In this document: positions 62,997 to 64,000 of the stretch, in pieces
How the letters are laid out: each line of letters begins with the position of its first letter
Position numbering within the stretch: position 1 is the stretch's first letter
Assembly: GCA_963555825.3 (NCBI GenBank)
Contig: CAUVXB020000001.1
Location: forward strand, 1,408,001-1,472,000
Source: Alphaproteobacteria bacterium
Lineage (GTDB): Bacteria; Pseudomonadota; Alphaproteobacteria; JAAXGF01
Direction: 5' to 3'
Length of the DNA: 64,000 nt
The notes under the pieces: model-generated
Seen by the model: the letters and a program-made list of their open reading frames with translations, nothing else
Told to the model about the DNA's origin: nothing
The model's database searches: none
Made by a program: the position numbers and the translations under genes

Positions 62997-63701
62997 ATGG
63001 CCGTAACGGCACAACAGCTGTTCGAAATCGAGACCTATGGTTTCACCGTCGTCGAGGACGTGTTGTCGGCCGAGGAGGCGGCCGAGATCCGCGCGATCAA
63101 CCTGCGCCTCTTGGACGCGCACGGCGAGGACCTCGTCTTCGAGGGCCGCGCCGGGCACATCACCAACCTGCCGACGCTCGACCCGGTCTACTTCAAATGC
63201 ATCGACCACCCCAAGGTGCTGCCTATCCTCGAGGCGGTCATGGGCGACGAGCTGATCCTCGCCAGCCTGAACTCGCGCATCGTCAGACCGGGCGAAAAAC
63301 AGCAGTCGCTGCACGCCGACGTGCCGCCGCAGTTCCGCCGCCCGGGCGCGCCGGTCATGATGAACACCGCCTGGATGCTCGACGACTTCACGATCGAGAA
63401 CGGCGCGACGCGCATCGTGCCGGGCTCGCACCGCGCCGATGCGTCGCGGCCGCCCGAGGACGCCGTAGTCAAGCACGTCCACCACGCGATCGGGCCGGCC
63501 GGCAGCGTCCTGGTGTTCAACGGCCAGTGCTGGCACGGCGGCGGGACGAACGATTCGGACCGGCCGCGCCAGGCCCTGTTCGGCCACTACCGGGTGGCGC
63601 GCTGGACGCGCTTCCAGTGCGACCCACACCGCGGCTTCCCCGAAGAATGGTTCGATCTGCTCAACGATCGCCAGAAGCGTCTTATACCAGTGAGCGCCTG
63701 A
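62997..63701 (+). CDS. PhyH-family dioxygenase, 3' end probably cut by an IS630
   Basis: LHAD, ENGAT.IVPGSH, AGSVL and WHGGG.N motifs; the last residues IPVSA are read from IS sequence. Confidence 0.85.
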   Translation: MAVTAQQLFEIETYGFTVVEDVLSAEEAAEIRAINLRLLDAHGEDLVFEGRAGHITNLPTLDPVYFKCIDHPKVLPILEAVMGDELILASLNSRIVRPGEKQQSLHADVPPQFRRPGAPVMMNTAWMLDDFTIENGATRIVPGSHRADASRPPEDAVVKHVHHAIGPAGSVLVFNGQCWHGGGTNDSDRPRQALFGHYRVARWTRFQCDPHRGFPEEWFDLLNDRQKRLIPVSA

Positions 63702-64000
63702 ATTGACTCTCGGGATATTCATTGATGGCGGATGATGGCGGATTGTGATTCTATGGTCTCCCACCAGATGTGGGGGATGTCATGGGATCAGCACTCAAGA
63801 TACGGGATGATTTGACGCCTTTGGAGCTTCGGCGCTGGGCTCGCGTGGAATCGTACGGTCGAGCGGCGGCGCGGGCCTATGGGATCGCGAATGCTTTGGA
63901 GGAGATGCCCCGGGCTGATGCCGCGCGGCTTGCGGGGATGGATCGCCAAACGCTTCGCGACGCGGTTGTTCGTTACAATGCAAAGGGATTGGAGGGGCTT
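63685..64000 (+). mobile_element. IS630 family element, left part (transposase starts at 63782 and runs off the window)
   Basis: TA|TACCAG left end; ORF MGSALKIRDD...AARLAGMDRQTLRDAVVRYNAKGLEGL, homologous to orfA at 39297; not in the ORF track. Confidence 0.85.

Overview
High-GC alphaproteobacterial chromosome segment, probably Rhodospirillales-like (glnB-glnA with a sigma-54 promoter; tRNA-His keeps G-1/C73). It is dominated by amino-acid, amine and methylated-amine catabolic genes and by signalling genes: a Crp/cNMP pair, an adenylate cyclase, an 8-PAS kinase with a FixJ-like regulator, and a degenerate REC-GGDEF protein. Insertion sequences are abundant: two apparently identical ISKra4-like copies each disrupting a gene, an IS3 plus a head-to-tail triple IS630 array in one SDR gene, and two further IS630-family elements. 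Three signals stand out. (1) A family of ~260-270 bp non-coding elements (4 full copies, 1 collapsed) shares one branched four-way-junction fold but carries three unrelated terminal inverted repeats, two of which resemble the ends of IS630 elements in the window. (2) A ~4.2 kb integrase-less islet, bounded by a duplicated 3' end of an aminotransferase gene, encodes a frameshifted ~1280-aa tri-heme cytochrome c lipoprotein. (3) An unannotated 41-aa microprotein resembles the N-terminal coiled coil of the PAS kinase. All family assignments come from motif recognition by eye; no database searches were run.
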